A stretch of 64,000 nucleotides of DNA from an uncultured Candidatus Saccharibacteria bacterium (GTDB lineage Bacteria; Patescibacteriota; Minisyncoccia; Ryanbacterales; HO2-45-13). The stretch is taken from the NCBI GenBank assembly GCA_964354975.1, contig CAYHBS010000003.1, positions 4,086-68,085 of the forward strand. Direction: 5' to 3'. Below are positions 35,599 through 46,040 of this stretch, in pieces (position 1 is the stretch's first letter; each line of letters begins with the position of its first letter). The notes under the pieces are model-generated. The model was not told where the DNA came from. It was given only the letters and a program-made list of their open reading frames with translations, and did no database searches. The translations under genes were made by a program, and so were the position numbers.

Positions 35599-36347
35599 AA
35601 CGCCGGGCGAGCAACAAACTCGTAAATTACATTAACTCCAAATATTGCACGCATGCGCTCTCGGTATTTCCATGGAGTCTCGCAAAGCAGTCTTTTAATT
35701 CGTCCAAACCGGCTGCGATAAATTTTCTCATCAATAAAATATCTCTTGCTCTTAAGTTCGAATTTTGCCTGCAGTGCCTTTTTGAGCAACGTTTCCGTAA
35801 CAATCGTAATGTGATTATTCGTCGCTGAATAGCGATCTAACTCAGCGGTAAACAACATTTTTTTTCTGGCGCGCATAGAGCCGAGGTACGGAGCAGATAC
35901 AATAAAGGTTCCACTAGGCTTAATAATGCGAACTATTTCTCTTAAAAAATGAAATGGATTTTCTAAATGAGGAATAATACACCAAGCGGTAATAACATCG
36001 AAGGTGTGGTCATTCCATGTACTCTGCTCATGAGAAAAATCGAACGCACAGAATTTCTCTGTATGTTGATGCGCCTTTACTGTATCGCTGCGGTAATCAT
36101 CAATATCGCATGCGCAGATATGTCGAAATCCCAAATCCCACAGCGCATCAATAAAACTACCGTCAGCCGTGCCACAATCTAAAATTACGGCACCAGACCG
36201 CTGAGAAACGGGAATAAGCGCATCAACTGCAGGTGCGGCAAATTCATGCGAATGCCCATCATAAGAACGTAACGCCTCCACTACTACATCTTTTGCGTGA
36301 CCACGCAATTCCGATGCATTATAATATTCAATCTGTTTTTTATTCAT
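35595..36347 (-). CDS. Class I SAM-dependent methyltransferase
   Basis: ILDCGTADG, FDVI, HLENP, RIIKPSG. Confidence 0.85.
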   Translation of the reverse strand: MNKKQIEYYNASELRGHAKDVVVEALRSYDGHSHEFAAPAVDALIPVSQRSGAVILDCGTADGSFIDALWDLGFRHICACDIDDYRSDTVKAHQHTEKFCAFDFSHEQSTWNDHTFDVITAWCIIPHLENPFHFLREIVRIIKPSGTFIVSAPYLGSMRARKKMLFTAELDRYSATNNHITIVTETLLKKALQAKFELKSKRYFIDEKIYRSRFGRIKRLLCETPWKYRERMRAIFGVNVIYEFVARPAL

Positions 36348-37692
36348 GAGTATATTTTATTAGCACCTCTGCTACGCGGCGCGAGGATGCGCCATCAAGC
36401 CGCCAACACTGCTCGCGCACAATGCGCTGTACACCATCTACGAGTTGGTCATACATTGTGTGTGAGTTCGCAATAAATGCATCTACATCCTGGGGTGTCT
36501 GCGCAATCGCTACGCCACAAGCATCGAGTATTTGTCGAACGTGTGGTGAATCACAATACCTTCGAATACTCCTTTTATAAGGCAAATTGGGTGACGTATC
36601 AAATGCAATGAGCATCATTGGTTTTGCATAGATCGCAGCGTCAATCAACATAGATGAGGGGCCAGGAAATACTACATCTGCAAATGCAAGTTCATGTATA
36701 AGCCGATCTTCATCTGCCTTGGACATCTCCCTGTCTGCCCACTCATGAGCTCTAAATACTACTCCAGGTTGGTCGATATATACCGATGGAGTTGCATCAA
36801 GTCCTTCGATGGTCACCTTTCTCGTTGGTGGTAACCGAACAATAATGTTCAATCCCGTCGCGCGCAATAAGTTAAATGCCATCTGATCAACAGGATTGTC
36901 ATGTAAAAAAATATCCCCCATAGGAGCAAACAAGACTGTTTTCCGTTTTGGATCCAATCCGAGCGAGATTAAAAAATTTTCTCTCGTGAGAGATGGTCGC
37001 CCAACATACCGATCATAATGTGGAATACCCACGACAGTGATACGCGCCGCTGGTACATCATCAAGACGCCCTGCCTGTACTGCGAGCGTGGGATTCCACA
37101 CAAGTAGCCGATTGGGGATACTGCGCATACGACCCTGACGAGTGAGATTGTCCCACGAACGCACCATACCAATAACCTGAACACCACGCTCCCTCGCTGC
37201 ATATGAGAGCGCAACATCAAATTCATTAAACACATCAGTAGCAAATACCGCACGTGGCTGATGTGCCTGAAAATACTTAGAAAATATTTCTGGAACCGAA
37301 TAGATACGATAATCAATATATCTCATGAGTCGCCGAAATAGTGACGACTTCCCCAGCACCGCAGCAGGCCCATAAAAACAGACGACGAGTAATGCATACC
37401 GCAGTGAATATGTCTGCTTTCCGTGCAGTAAGCGTGCCGCATCGATGCTCAACATCGCGCGGAATAATCGTTTGAGTAAAAAGGAAGATCTCTGCCGCGC
37501 GAGCGCATCGATCTGAATGCCCTCATATATCACTCCCTCATATGGATACGCCTGCTGAAAATACGAACGCTTCCGGTGTGGCACGAACACCACAATGCGA
37601 TACCCCGATTTAACAATTGTTGGAAGTATGTCGGTCTGGATGATATTCCTTCCAATCAACGGATGGAAGCAGCTCACAAATATAGTCGGCAT
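36340..37692 (-). CDS. TagF-like GT-B protein, paralog 2
   Basis: RSWDNLT, VGIPHYD, VRLPP, SSMLIDAAIYAKP, DGASSRRV. Confidence 0.65.
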   Translation of the reverse strand: MPTIFVSCFHPLIGRNIIQTDILPTIVKSGYRIVVFVPHRKRSYFQQAYPYEGVIYEGIQIDALARQRSSFLLKRLFRAMLSIDAARLLHGKQTYSLRYALLVVCFYGPAAVLGKSSLFRRLMRYIDYRIYSVPEIFSKYFQAHQPRAVFATDVFNEFDVALSYAARERGVQVIGMVRSWDNLTRQGRMRSIPNRLLVWNPTLAVQAGRLDDVPAARITVVGIPHYDRYVGRPSLTRENFLISLGLDPKRKTVLFAPMGDIFLHDNPVDQMAFNLLRATGLNIIVRLPPTRKVTIEGLDATPSVYIDQPGVVFRAHEWADREMSKADEDRLIHELAFADVVFPGPSSMLIDAAIYAKPMMLIAFDTSPNLPYKRSIRRYCDSPHVRQILDACGVAIAQTPQDVDAFIANSHTMYDQLVDGVQRIVREQCWRLDGASSRRVAEVLIKYTHE

Positions 37693-37703
37693 GGCAGGGA
37701 ATG

Positions 37704-38672
37704 TTATATCCGTTTTTTTGATAAAAATAAATGGAGTACAATCGAAAGAAATAATGCAATCAACAAGAACGAAAGTTCATATACGTGCGCTGTGAGCGCA
37801 AGCACAATAGCGCGATCTCTCGTAATACCGAACATCATCAGTGGAAAAATAATTGATGCCTCGTAAGCACCTACTCCTCCAAACATGAACGCGGGTGTCA
37901 TGCTTATGATGGTAGGAAATCCATACACTGCAATCGCCTCAAGCATACTCACGTCTGCGTGGAGAGCGCTCAACAGCACGGATGCGGAAATAAACGTTAC
38001 AGCCCAAATCCCTACCGAATAGAGCGCGGTGGTCCATATAAACTGTCTTTCACGGAGAGTGGAAAATCCATCCATCAACTGTTCGAGCGCTCGCAAGATG
38101 GATTTTACAGGTACATACTGCACCCGAACACGCATCTCTTCTAGCCTGCGCTTTAGTATTCCTGTATATCGCAATAAAATGAGCAACGCCGCTATGCATA
38201 CCATCAGCACAATCCCTGCATATTGCACAATTTCCTTTGGCGCAGCAAACGCCAACGCTCCAGAAAGTGCGAGTACACAAATACTGAGTACGACTATTGC
38301 ATCAATCAATCGTACTGCAACGAGCGCGGAAAGACTTTCTGACACACTCACTTGTGGTCCAGTCTTGAGTGCCGCAACATAGTACCACTCACCCGCACGC
38401 AACGGAAAAAAAACATTCAATGCGTTTTGTAGCGAAGAGAGGCGGAACCAATCGATCCAACCCCAGTCGGTACGCATCAAGCGTTGGAACCGCAATGCTT
38501 TCAGTATTCCACTTACAAGATACAGGCCAAAAGAAAGTGCTAATGCTGAAAGATTTGCCCCACTGAGCGCGTCCCAAACAGACACAAGCGATATTTGTGA
38601 AAGAAACCAAAAAAACAAACCAATGAGTGCTACGGCAAGCAACGCGGAAATACCAAATGACTTCGAAGACAT
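37704..38672 (-). CDS. Lysylphosphatidylglycerol synthase TM-domain (flippase-like) protein
   Basis: LKALRF, NVFFPLRAGE, RLID, GGVGAYE; multiple TMs. Confidence 0.8.
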   Translation of the reverse strand: MSSKSFGISALLAVALIGLFFWFLSQISLVSVWDALSGANLSALALSFGLYLVSGILKALRFQRLMRTDWGWIDWFRLSSLQNALNVFFPLRAGEWYYVAALKTGPQVSVSESLSALVAVRLIDAIVVLSICVLALSGALAFAAPKEIVQYAGIVLMVCIAALLILLRYTGILKRRLEEMRVRVQYVPVKSILRALEQLMDGFSTLRERQFIWTTALYSVGIWAVTFISASVLLSALHADVSMLEAIAVYGFPTIISMTPAFMFGGVGAYEASIIFPLMMFGITRDRAIVLALTAHVYELSFLLIALFLSIVLHLFLSKKRI

Positions 38673-38716
38673 ATCGTGTATGCTAGAATAGCGTATTAAT
38701 GCTCCCCTGAACATCT

Positions 38717-39415
38717 ATGGAACTACACGATATTAAGAATATGGTACGCAAGCAGCCGTGGATATACCACGCGCTGATATTTTTTTCGCGCACAGTATAT
38801 CTCCATGGAATGAGTCAGTGCCAAGCGGTGCGCGCTGCTTTTCCTGCAGGAACAAAGGGAGCGGTGATATTAAATGTCGGATCCGGCTCAAGCCCAAGAA
38901 TGCCCGACATACAAAACATTGATATTGAAAAAAATGAGCACGTTGATATTGTCGCTGATGCCGCGCACCTCCCTTTTGAAAATAACTCGGTCGACATGAT
39001 TCTCTCTGAGTGCCTGTTGGAGCATGTGGCAGATCCGCAGATTGTCGCGAGAGAATTCCAGCGCGTACTTAAACCAGGCGGACACCTCTATCTCATGTTG
39101 CCGTTTGTTTATCCATATCACGCAGCGCCGAACGACTACACTCGATTTACGGTGCAAGGATTACAGGAGCTGTTTTCCAATACAACAAAGATACGATCCG
39201 GCGTGCGATCCGGCCCCATAGCAACGCTCATCATTCAATTCGCGTATGTGGTTGCAATGCTGCTCTCTTTTCGATCGCGCACGCTCTACTCGCTTCTGCT
39301 CAGTATACTGCTGATTGTGCTCTCTCCCCTCAAACTACTTGATTATCTTTCGCTCTTGTTTCCATTTCGAGATGAAGCTGCATCGCAAATATATTTTTTC
39401 GCGAAAAAGCGTTAG
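38717..39415 (+). CDS. Class I SAM-dependent methyltransferase
   Basis: ILNVGSG, DAAHLPF, LLEHV.DP, RVLKPGG, PYHAAPNDY.RFT. Confidence 0.88.
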   Translation: MELHDIKNMVRKQPWIYHALIFFSRTVYLHGMSQCQAVRAAFPAGTKGAVILNVGSGSSPRMPDIQNIDIEKNEHVDIVADAAHLPFENNSVDMILSECLLEHVADPQIVAREFQRVLKPGGHLYLMLPFVYPYHAAPNDYTRFTVQGLQELFSNTTKIRSGVRSGPIATLIIQFAYVVAMLLSFRSRTLYSLLLSILLIVLSPLKLLDYLSLLFPFRDEAASQIYFFAKKR

Positions 39416-40317
39416 CGTTTTTGCAGTATCACAAGAATGCGGGAACTTTTCCCAAACATTTTTCCAAGCAGTGTCAGCGGAAGAAAACATGCAAGCGCAG
39501 CGATTCCCAGTTTGTCGAGTAGGCGCTCGGTACGATGCCATTCGTGCACCCGAAGTATTCGCCGAATACTCCCTACCCAATCATTGGGCACTGCGCTATG
39601 AATCACGCGAACCACAGAAAAACCAGCAGCTTCAGCATACTGTTTAATTGTCGCGGGAGTAAAAATATAGTTGTGCCTCGGCGCATCAAAGGAATGCCAG
39701 TATTTTCCAAATAGTTTCCGCTCGAATGAATCTGCATTAGGCACACGAAGGAACACATACCCGCGTGGGCACAGCATCTTCGCTATGCTCTCCAGCGCTA
39801 CACGCGGCGACTGCAAATGCTCGAAAACGTAATTTAATACCACGAGGGACTGTGTCTGCCCTACCGTCGGATTCCATTGATCGAAATCCCCCCTGACAAC
39901 AGCGAGTCCCCGGCGTTGCGCCTCTGCAGCCATATGCGCATCATACTCGAGACCTGAGGCACGGTATGGTCCACGCACTGCTGCTAAATATTCTCCGTTG
40001 GCAGTTCCTATTTCAAAAATGGCTCCTTGCAGACCGAGGTATGAGCGAATCAGCTGTGCGTCCCTACTCCAAAACAATTGTTTAATACGACGACGCAACC
40101 CCTGACTCGCTTGATAGGGAATGTACGATCCATGATAATACCGCCCCATATCAACGGGTCGTTCTGCGAGAAATAATAGTCCGCAGTGCATACACATGCG
40201 GAACGAAAACGCATTAGCGTCAGGTAATTCGAAACACCGAAGATCCTCGTACACAATCCGAGATTCGGTAGACCCACATAAATTGCACATGGCAATGTTA
40301 TTTCTGTTTTCCAACAT
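39412..40317 (-). CDS. Class I SAM-dependent methyltransferase with N-terminal Zn-ribbon
   Basis: CNLC..CMHC, FEIGTANG, VFEHL.SP, VPN, DAPRH; start uncertain. Confidence 0.85.
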   Translation of the reverse strand: MLENRNNIAMCNLCGSTESRIVYEDLRCFELPDANAFSFRMCMHCGLLFLAERPVDMGRYYHGSYIPYQASQGLRRRIKQLFWSRDAQLIRSYLGLQGAIFEIGTANGEYLAAVRGPYRASGLEYDAHMAAEAQRRGLAVVRGDFDQWNPTVGQTQSLVVLNYVFEHLQSPRVALESIAKMLCPRGYVFLRVPNADSFERKLFGKYWHSFDAPRHNYIFTPATIKQYAEAAGFSVVRVIHSAVPNDWVGSIRRILRVHEWHRTERLLDKLGIAALACFLPLTLLGKMFGKSSRILVILQKR

Positions 40318-41395
40318 ATTGCACTGTGCGGATAAAATTTTCCGCTTGCCGTGTAATAGCATATCGCTCTTCAGCAATATTCCACCCGGCCTTTCCCATG
40401 CGCTCGCGTAGTCCCCTGTCCAAGATCAACATACCGATTTTCTCTATCCATTCTGCTTCGGAACTCACCAAAAATCCGTTTTCTCCATCACGTACCACTG
40501 TACTATTCAAGCCAATGTGATCGGCAACTATCGGAATTCCGACACTCATATATTGAATCATTTTATAGCCCAGGCGCCCCTTATTAAACGGAGCGTCATC
40601 AAGTGGCATCAGTCCAATGTCCATCCGCTGCAGGAGTGCGACTTCAGATTCCTCGCTCCATGGAAGATGCTCATGCGGTATTCCTTTGGCGCGAAATTGT
40701 AAAGCCGCTCCAACCGTCAGCAATTGTGCTTGGGGAAAGCGTGTTCCAATAGCGCGAAACACCGGCTGGAGTTGCTCGAGTAATGCGGTAGTGGGCGTAC
40801 CTCCAATCCAGCCGAGCGTGACTGTTGAGGAATCATGTGACGGCCCTGGGTGCACGCGCCCCGTATCAATGGGCGCAGTGATGAACGATACATCATGCCC
40901 ATACGTTCTCGCTTCCGCGGCATGATATTCATTTTCTACGATGATGTGCGCGGCATGTCGCATCATATTGCGACAGAGGCGCGCTTGATACCTCAACCCA
41001 AAACTACGCACGATACCATCCTCCCAAAATGCATTTAGTTCATAAATTGTATCTTCAATTTCATAGATAATGCGCGGATTGCGTTGGCGCAGTATCCAAT
41101 ACAATATGCGCGGAAATACTTCTCGCTGAATGACGACCGTATCATATGATGGCGCCTGCCACGCGATCATACATTTTTTTATATATGCAGCTATTATCCC
41201 AAGAAGAAAATTTCCATCACGGCGGATGCGCGAAACTGACCGCATGCGATTTTGAATGTGATAGAAATTGTCTGAGTATATAGCAATATGCGTATAAACA
41301 ATTCCTGCGCGATCAAAATATGGGAGAAATTGCAGAATCTGCACACGACTACTTCCTCCCACTGATGAAAACTGGGTAACAAATAATACGTTCAT
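40298..41395 (-). CDS. GT4 glycosyltransferase
   Basis: LGWIG, DIGLMPL, KMIQYMSVGIPIVA, GENGFL. Confidence 0.88.
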   Translation of the reverse strand: MNVLFVTQFSSVGGSSRVQILQFLPYFDRAGIVYTHIAIYSDNFYHIQNRMRSVSRIRRDGNFLLGIIAAYIKKCMIAWQAPSYDTVVIQREVFPRILYWILRQRNPRIIYEIEDTIYELNAFWEDGIVRSFGLRYQARLCRNMMRHAAHIIVENEYHAAEARTYGHDVSFITAPIDTGRVHPGPSHDSSTVTLGWIGGTPTTALLEQLQPVFRAIGTRFPQAQLLTVGAALQFRAKGIPHEHLPWSEESEVALLQRMDIGLMPLDDAPFNKGRLGYKMIQYMSVGIPIVADHIGLNSTVVRDGENGFLVSSEAEWIEKIGMLILDRGLRERMGKAGWNIAEERYAITRQAENFIRTVQYVGKQK

Positions 41396-42492
41396 TTGGT
41401 TATGATGGTATTGCGCAATTGTGCAACAACGTACTCTTGCTGCTCGGCAGTGATATGAGGAAACATAGGGAGAGAGAGTAATCGTTCAGCTGATGCGTCT
41501 GTCACGGGACACGCGTCCGCACACTCTCCGAAGAAAGGTTGTCGATAGACAGGAATAGGATAGTGAATTTCTGTCTGCACACCTTTTGCGAGCAGTGCGG
41601 CCTTCACTGCGTCTCTCCGATTAACGTGTATAACGTATAAATGATACACATGCGTCCCATTCGGCAACCCTTGAAGGATTTCACCAACTCCCGCATCCGC
41701 CAGCAATGTACTATATCGTTGCGCTGCCACCTTCCGCATATTGGTCCATTCCTTAAGAAACGGGATTTTCAGAGACAGTACAATCGCCTGCATTGGATCA
41801 AGTCGCATATTAAAGCCAAGTATTTCGTGGTTATTTTTTTTCACACTCCCTAGGTTACGGAGTCGTATCACTCGTTCAGCGAGATCTGCACGATGTGTCA
41901 CCACCGCTCCTGCATCGCCAAAAGCTCCGAGATTTTTTGTAGGATAGAAACTAAATGCGGCAATATCTCCCCACGCGCCCGTATGTTTTCCTGCGTACAT
42001 CGCACCATGAGACTGCGCACAATCTTCGACAAGAAATAATTTGTGTGCGTCTGCAATGCTGCGCACTGATTGAATATCACAGGGTTGTCCAAATAAATGC
42101 ACTACAAGAATTGCCTTGGTTTTATGCGTGATGCAACCCGCAATGAGTTCTGGGTTCATGGTGAGCGTATTTGGTACAATATCCACAAAGCGTGGTGTAG
42201 CTCCCGTTCGGAGAATGGCAACAACAGATGCATTGTATGCATTCCCCTGCGTAATGACTTCGTCTCCCGGACCTATACCGAGCGCAAGGAGCGAAAGATA
42301 CAGAGCGTCTGATCCGTTACTCACGCCGATAGCGTGCGCAATCTCAAGATACTCCGCCCATTCCTGCTCAAACTGCGCGACCTCCTCGGTTAAAATAAAA
42401 CGATTTTTTTCGAGCAACGACGTGACGCGTTCGAGATACACATCTTTTACCGCAGCCGTTGTCTGAGAAAGGTCAATAAATGGAACGTTCAT
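41392..42492 (-). CDS. DegT/DnrJ/EryC1/StrS sugar aminotransferase
   Basis: VPFIDL, VHLFG, EDCAQSHG, SFYPTKNLGAFGDAG, GFNMRLD, HYPIP. Confidence 0.93.
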   Translation of the reverse strand: MNVPFIDLSQTTAAVKDVYLERVTSLLEKNRFILTEEVAQFEQEWAEYLEIAHAIGVSNGSDALYLSLLALGIGPGDEVITQGNAYNASVVAILRTGATPRFVDIVPNTLTMNPELIAGCITHKTKAILVVHLFGQPCDIQSVRSIADAHKLFLVEDCAQSHGAMYAGKHTGAWGDIAAFSFYPTKNLGAFGDAGAVVTHRADLAERVIRLRNLGSVKKNNHEILGFNMRLDPMQAIVLSLKIPFLKEWTNMRKVAAQRYSTLLADAGVGEILQGLPNGTHVYHLYVIHVNRRDAVKAALLAKGVQTEIHYPIPVYRQPFFGECADACPVTDASAERLLSLPMFPHITAEQQEYVVAQLRNTIITK

Positions 42493-43199
42493 GGTAACTG
42501 GGAAAAGAGATCGGTATTGAGACTCGTATCACGGGGCACCCAGTTGGGCCTTGGTATTGTTTCAATATCTGCCTTTGTGCGCTTTGCGTATTCTACCAAT
42601 GTTCCGCGCATTCCACCTACATTCATCACTCCAGTCGCTGATGAACGCGTGGCACGGAGAATGAGTGGAGCGACTTCATCAACATATAATTTAGAATTGT
42701 ATTGATCTGCATACACTTTGTCCCACGGAAATGGGCGTGGACCGAAACTTAGTCGCAGTATCAACGCATTGTTGAGTAGTCTCGCTGCACATTCGCCTCC
42801 AAGTTTTGACCACGCATATTTAGAGGGCGGGAGCACGGGTTCATTCTCTTTATGCGGTCCGCCTCCCGTATATACATAGTCCGTGGAAATATACACCATG
42901 CGACACCCAAGACGGTAACACGCGAGCGCGACGTTTGCAGTGCCAATAATGTTCACGGAAAGTCCGGGCGTGGGATTTTCCTCGTGTTGCGGTGGATGAG
43001 TAGCAGCGGCAACATGTAACACCACATCCGGACGCACCTCACTCATATACGCAAAAAGTTGCTCAAATTGAGTGATGTCACATTCCGTGCTTGGTGGCGC
43101 AATCAACGAAGCATCCAATGATTGCAGTGCGGCGCCAAGCATGCCGGATCCACCGGTCAGAAGAATTTTCTGTTGTGCTAAATTAGTGTGTGGGTTCAT
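42489..43199 (-). CDS. RmlD-like NDP-4-keto-deoxysugar reductase
   Basis: LTGGSGMLG, YISTDYVY, YAWSK. Confidence 0.85.
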   Translation of the reverse strand: MNPHTNLAQQKILLTGGSGMLGAALQSLDASLIAPPSTECDITQFEQLFAYMSEVRPDVVLHVAAATHPPQHEENPTPGLSVNIIGTANVALACYRLGCRMVYISTDYVYTGGGPHKENEPVLPPSKYAWSKLGGECAARLLNNALILRLSFGPRPFPWDKVYADQYNSKLYVDEVAPLILRATRSSATGVMNVGGMRGTLVEYAKRTKADIETIPRPNWVPRDTSLNTDLFSQLP

Positions 43200-43863
43200 G
43201 AGCGCGTAAGTGCGCAAGTCCTTCTTCGATCGAAGCAATCACAAATGCAGGGTCTCCTGCTTCATAACGCTCTCGATAATACATGATTCGGGCGCATTCT
43301 GCCATTAATCTTCCGAGTCGCGTTGTCTGTTCTGCGTGCTCGGTATGAATGAGCCCATAGACCGTAATGGGGGTGTACCAATCGATGTGTCGAACGGTTG
43401 TAGGCATCAGATGTAGGTTACTTCCACGCGCCAACAACACACCAAGATCCGTGAGAAATGCCCGACCGATGTGTTGTGGCACCGACACGACAACTGCTCT
43501 CCGCACCTGTAGTTTTTCGGCGAGCACAATAAATCCCTGCGCCTCTTCAAGGGTATGGCGAGCGGGTGTCACACGATGAATACAATCTTCAGAAATACGT
43601 ACCTGCTGCATCAGCGCCTGTTTCCATGTCGCGTACCCCGGACTCCCATTGCCGTCATACAATGGCTCTCCGTTGAGTATGATGTGCTTCGCATTCGTTC
43701 TGCGATATACTTCCGCTACTGTACCGAGTAGTTCCTCAAAAAGATCCCCCCAGCCATGTACAAACACTGCGTCTGCTTCTAATAGTGAAACGATGGACAA
43801 TGCATGTGAAAATTCGCTCCATTTTCTTATGTGATCTGCGAGAGATGCTTTCGATGCGTTCAT
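43183..43863 (-). CDS. Hypothetical protein, weak YdcF/DUF218 resemblance
   Basis: ADAVFVHG, ARHTLEEA, VVVS..QHIGRA. Confidence 0.5.
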   Translation of the reverse strand: MNASKASLADHIRKWSEFSHALSIVSLLEADAVFVHGWGDLFEELLGTVAEVYRRTNAKHIILNGEPLYDGNGSPGYATWKQALMQQVRISEDCIHRVTPARHTLEEAQGFIVLAEKLQVRRAVVVSVPQHIGRAFLTDLGVLLARGSNLHLMPTTVRHIDWYTPITVYGLIHTEHAEQTTRLGRLMAECARIMYYRERYEAGDPAFVIASIEEGLAHLRAHEPTH

Positions 43864-43872
43864 ATTAACGCG

Positions 43873-45042
43873 TTACAACATTCGTGGTTGCGGCACATGT
43901 GTCAGCCATTTTCCCCCGCGATCACGAAATGCCTGTTGCGTCGCATTAATTTCCTCCAGATGATTCCATGCAAATAATACTGCAACATCAACATCTCCAA
44001 AGCGCTCCTGTGGAACGATAGGGATATGCACTCCGGGATAATATTTTCCCTGCTTAATAGGAGTATTGTCCGTAATAAATGGAATAAGATCTGGTCCAAT
44101 ACCACAATAATTAGCGACAATCACTCCCTTTGAACTTGCACCAAATCCACACATTTTTTTATTCTCTGATTTCAGAGCGGTTAACATGCGAACGAGCTCA
44201 CTCTTTGAGCGCTCCACATTTTCAACAAATTCACGCAATTTTTGATCAAGGTGTTGTTCTTTCTGCACCCATGGATCAACAGTCTGCTGTACTGGATGCG
44301 TAGACTGGTGCCCAACATACATGCGGAGCTCCCCTCCATGCACTGAAATATGCTCTGCATGGAACACATGATATCCCAGGGGACGAAAAAGATTATTAAT
44401 GAACGCAACGGTAAAGTACCAAATATGTTCATCATAAATCTGGTCATAGGATGTCTTTTCATAGATATCAATAAAATAGGGATCTTCAAACACAAATACC
44501 CCATTGGTGCCGATCATGCTCGCAATAAGTTCTGCATACTCTTCAATATTTTCAACGTGACAACTGACATTTGCAGCAAATACCACGTCTACGTTTCCAA
44601 TATCAGTGATTTCTGTGACCACGGCGGGACTTAAAAACTCACTGATCACACGATGCCCTTTTGATCGCGAAACGTTTGCAACGTTACCAGACGGCTCCAC
44701 TCCTACTGCGGTTACTCCAAGCGCTTCCCATGCTTCAAGCATCACGCCATCGTTTGATCCAATCTCCACGACAATACCGCCGCGCACAAAGGAGCGTAGG
44801 TGGCTTGCCGTTTCAGAAAAATGCTTAATCATGTACCGTGACGTGGAGGAAAAAAATGCGTATTGATCATGGAACATTTTTTCACGTGGGACGGTGTGTA
44901 TGAGACCAATCGCGGCGTTGCTTGGATCATACCCAAGCACCATGCGATAAAAAAACTCCTGCGGAAACTCCGCTGGACTCAAAAATGCGTTCGCAATGGG
45001 CATGTTTCCAAAGTCCAATACTTCACTCAATGAAATCTTCAT
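43873..45042 (-). CDS. NDP-hexose C-methyltransferase family
   Basis: LDFGNMPIANAF, VEIGSNDG, GVEPS, YDQIYDEH, HGGELR, GFGASSKG, KQGKYYPG.HIPI, FAWNH. Confidence 0.9.
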   Translation of the reverse strand: MKISLSEVLDFGNMPIANAFLSPAEFPQEFFYRMVLGYDPSNAAIGLIHTVPREKMFHDQYAFFSSTSRYMIKHFSETASHLRSFVRGGIVVEIGSNDGVMLEAWEALGVTAVGVEPSGNVANVSRSKGHRVISEFLSPAVVTEITDIGNVDVVFAANVSCHVENIEEYAELIASMIGTNGVFVFEDPYFIDIYEKTSYDQIYDEHIWYFTVAFINNLFRPLGYHVFHAEHISVHGGELRMYVGHQSTHPVQQTVDPWVQKEQHLDQKLREFVENVERSKSELVRMLTALKSENKKMCGFGASSKGVIVANYCGIGPDLIPFITDNTPIKQGKYYPGVHIPIVPQERFGDVDVAVLFAWNHLEEINATQQAFRDRGGKWLTHVPQPRML

Positions 45043-45086
45043 ACACGGCATTCTATCAGATTGTGCGCCCCGTGCACAGTGGAATA

Positions 45087-46040
45087 TTACAATGCGCGCT
45101 TCCCTGACAGATGCGCCAGCGTATCGCGTACCGCACGATCGAGATCTCCGTGTGGTTTAAAGCCGTGACGCTCAAATTTGCTCCCGTCAATTTCATATGA
45201 AAGCTGATTCATTATTTTTGATGCGACAAATTTTACTTCCGCAGTTGGCATGTGTCGCTGAATCGTCTCTACCACCTGGCGCACCGTTAAATTACTCGTG
45301 ATGACATTGTACGTCTCACCATCGTAAAGTGCGTTATCTATAATCATCATAATTGCATGAATGGCGTCTTCTAAATCTACATACGGGCGGCGTTGCTCCC
45401 ATGCTGTTTCCCACACCGTCAGCGGATGTCCGAATGCAGACTGCCAGATAAATTTATTGACCGCAGTATGAAATCGCATGCCAATAGACCATCCAAATAT
45501 GGTGCCAAGTCGCAGAATGATCACGCGTAATCCTTTGACGTGGAGTGCGCGCACATATTCCTCGCCGGACAATTTTGTCGCTGCGTATGGACTCTGTGGT
45601 TGTAGTTCCTTACACGTTTCATCAACACGGGCATTCTGCGAACCATAAATGCTCGTGGTAGAAGGAAAAATAAGCGCTGCATCATGTTCGAGGCATGCGT
45701 CAGCAATGCGACGAAATCCAAATGTATTGACGCGTTCAGTTTCTTCATTATGTTCAGCGCTCGATTCTGCATCCGTTCGCGCCGCAAGATGAATGAGCAC
45801 ACGAGCACGCGAAAGAATATGTTGAAGCTCCATCTCACAAATATCTCCGTAGACAAACTCGTAGTTTCCCTCAGAGGGTAGATCAAACAGCGAAGCGAAT
45901 CGCTGGGTAGCCAAATTGTCGATGAGAATAATAGGATCGGAGGTATGTGTGCCCAGCGTACGAATGAGTGCGGACCCGATGTGTCCCAACGCGCCTGTCA
46001 CTACAATGGCGTTTTTTTTTCTATTATTATTGCGATGCAT
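45087..46040 (-). CDS. NAD-dependent epimerase/dehydratase (extended SDR)
   Basis: VTGALGHIG, HLAA, STTSIYG, SPYAATK. Confidence 0.88.
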   Translation of the reverse strand: MHRNNNRKKNAIVVTGALGHIGSALIRTLGTHTSDPIILIDNLATQRFASLFDLPSEGNYEFVYGDICEMELQHILSRARVLIHLAARTDAESSAEHNEETERVNTFGFRRIADACLEHDAALIFPSTTSIYGSQNARVDETCKELQPQSPYAATKLSGEEYVRALHVKGLRVIILRLGTIFGWSIGMRFHTAVNKFIWQSAFGHPLTVWETAWEQRRPYVDLEDAIHAIMMIIDNALYDGETYNVITSNLTVRQVVETIQRHMPTAEVKFVASKIMNQLSYEIDGSKFERHGFKPHGDLDRAVRDTLAHLSGKRAL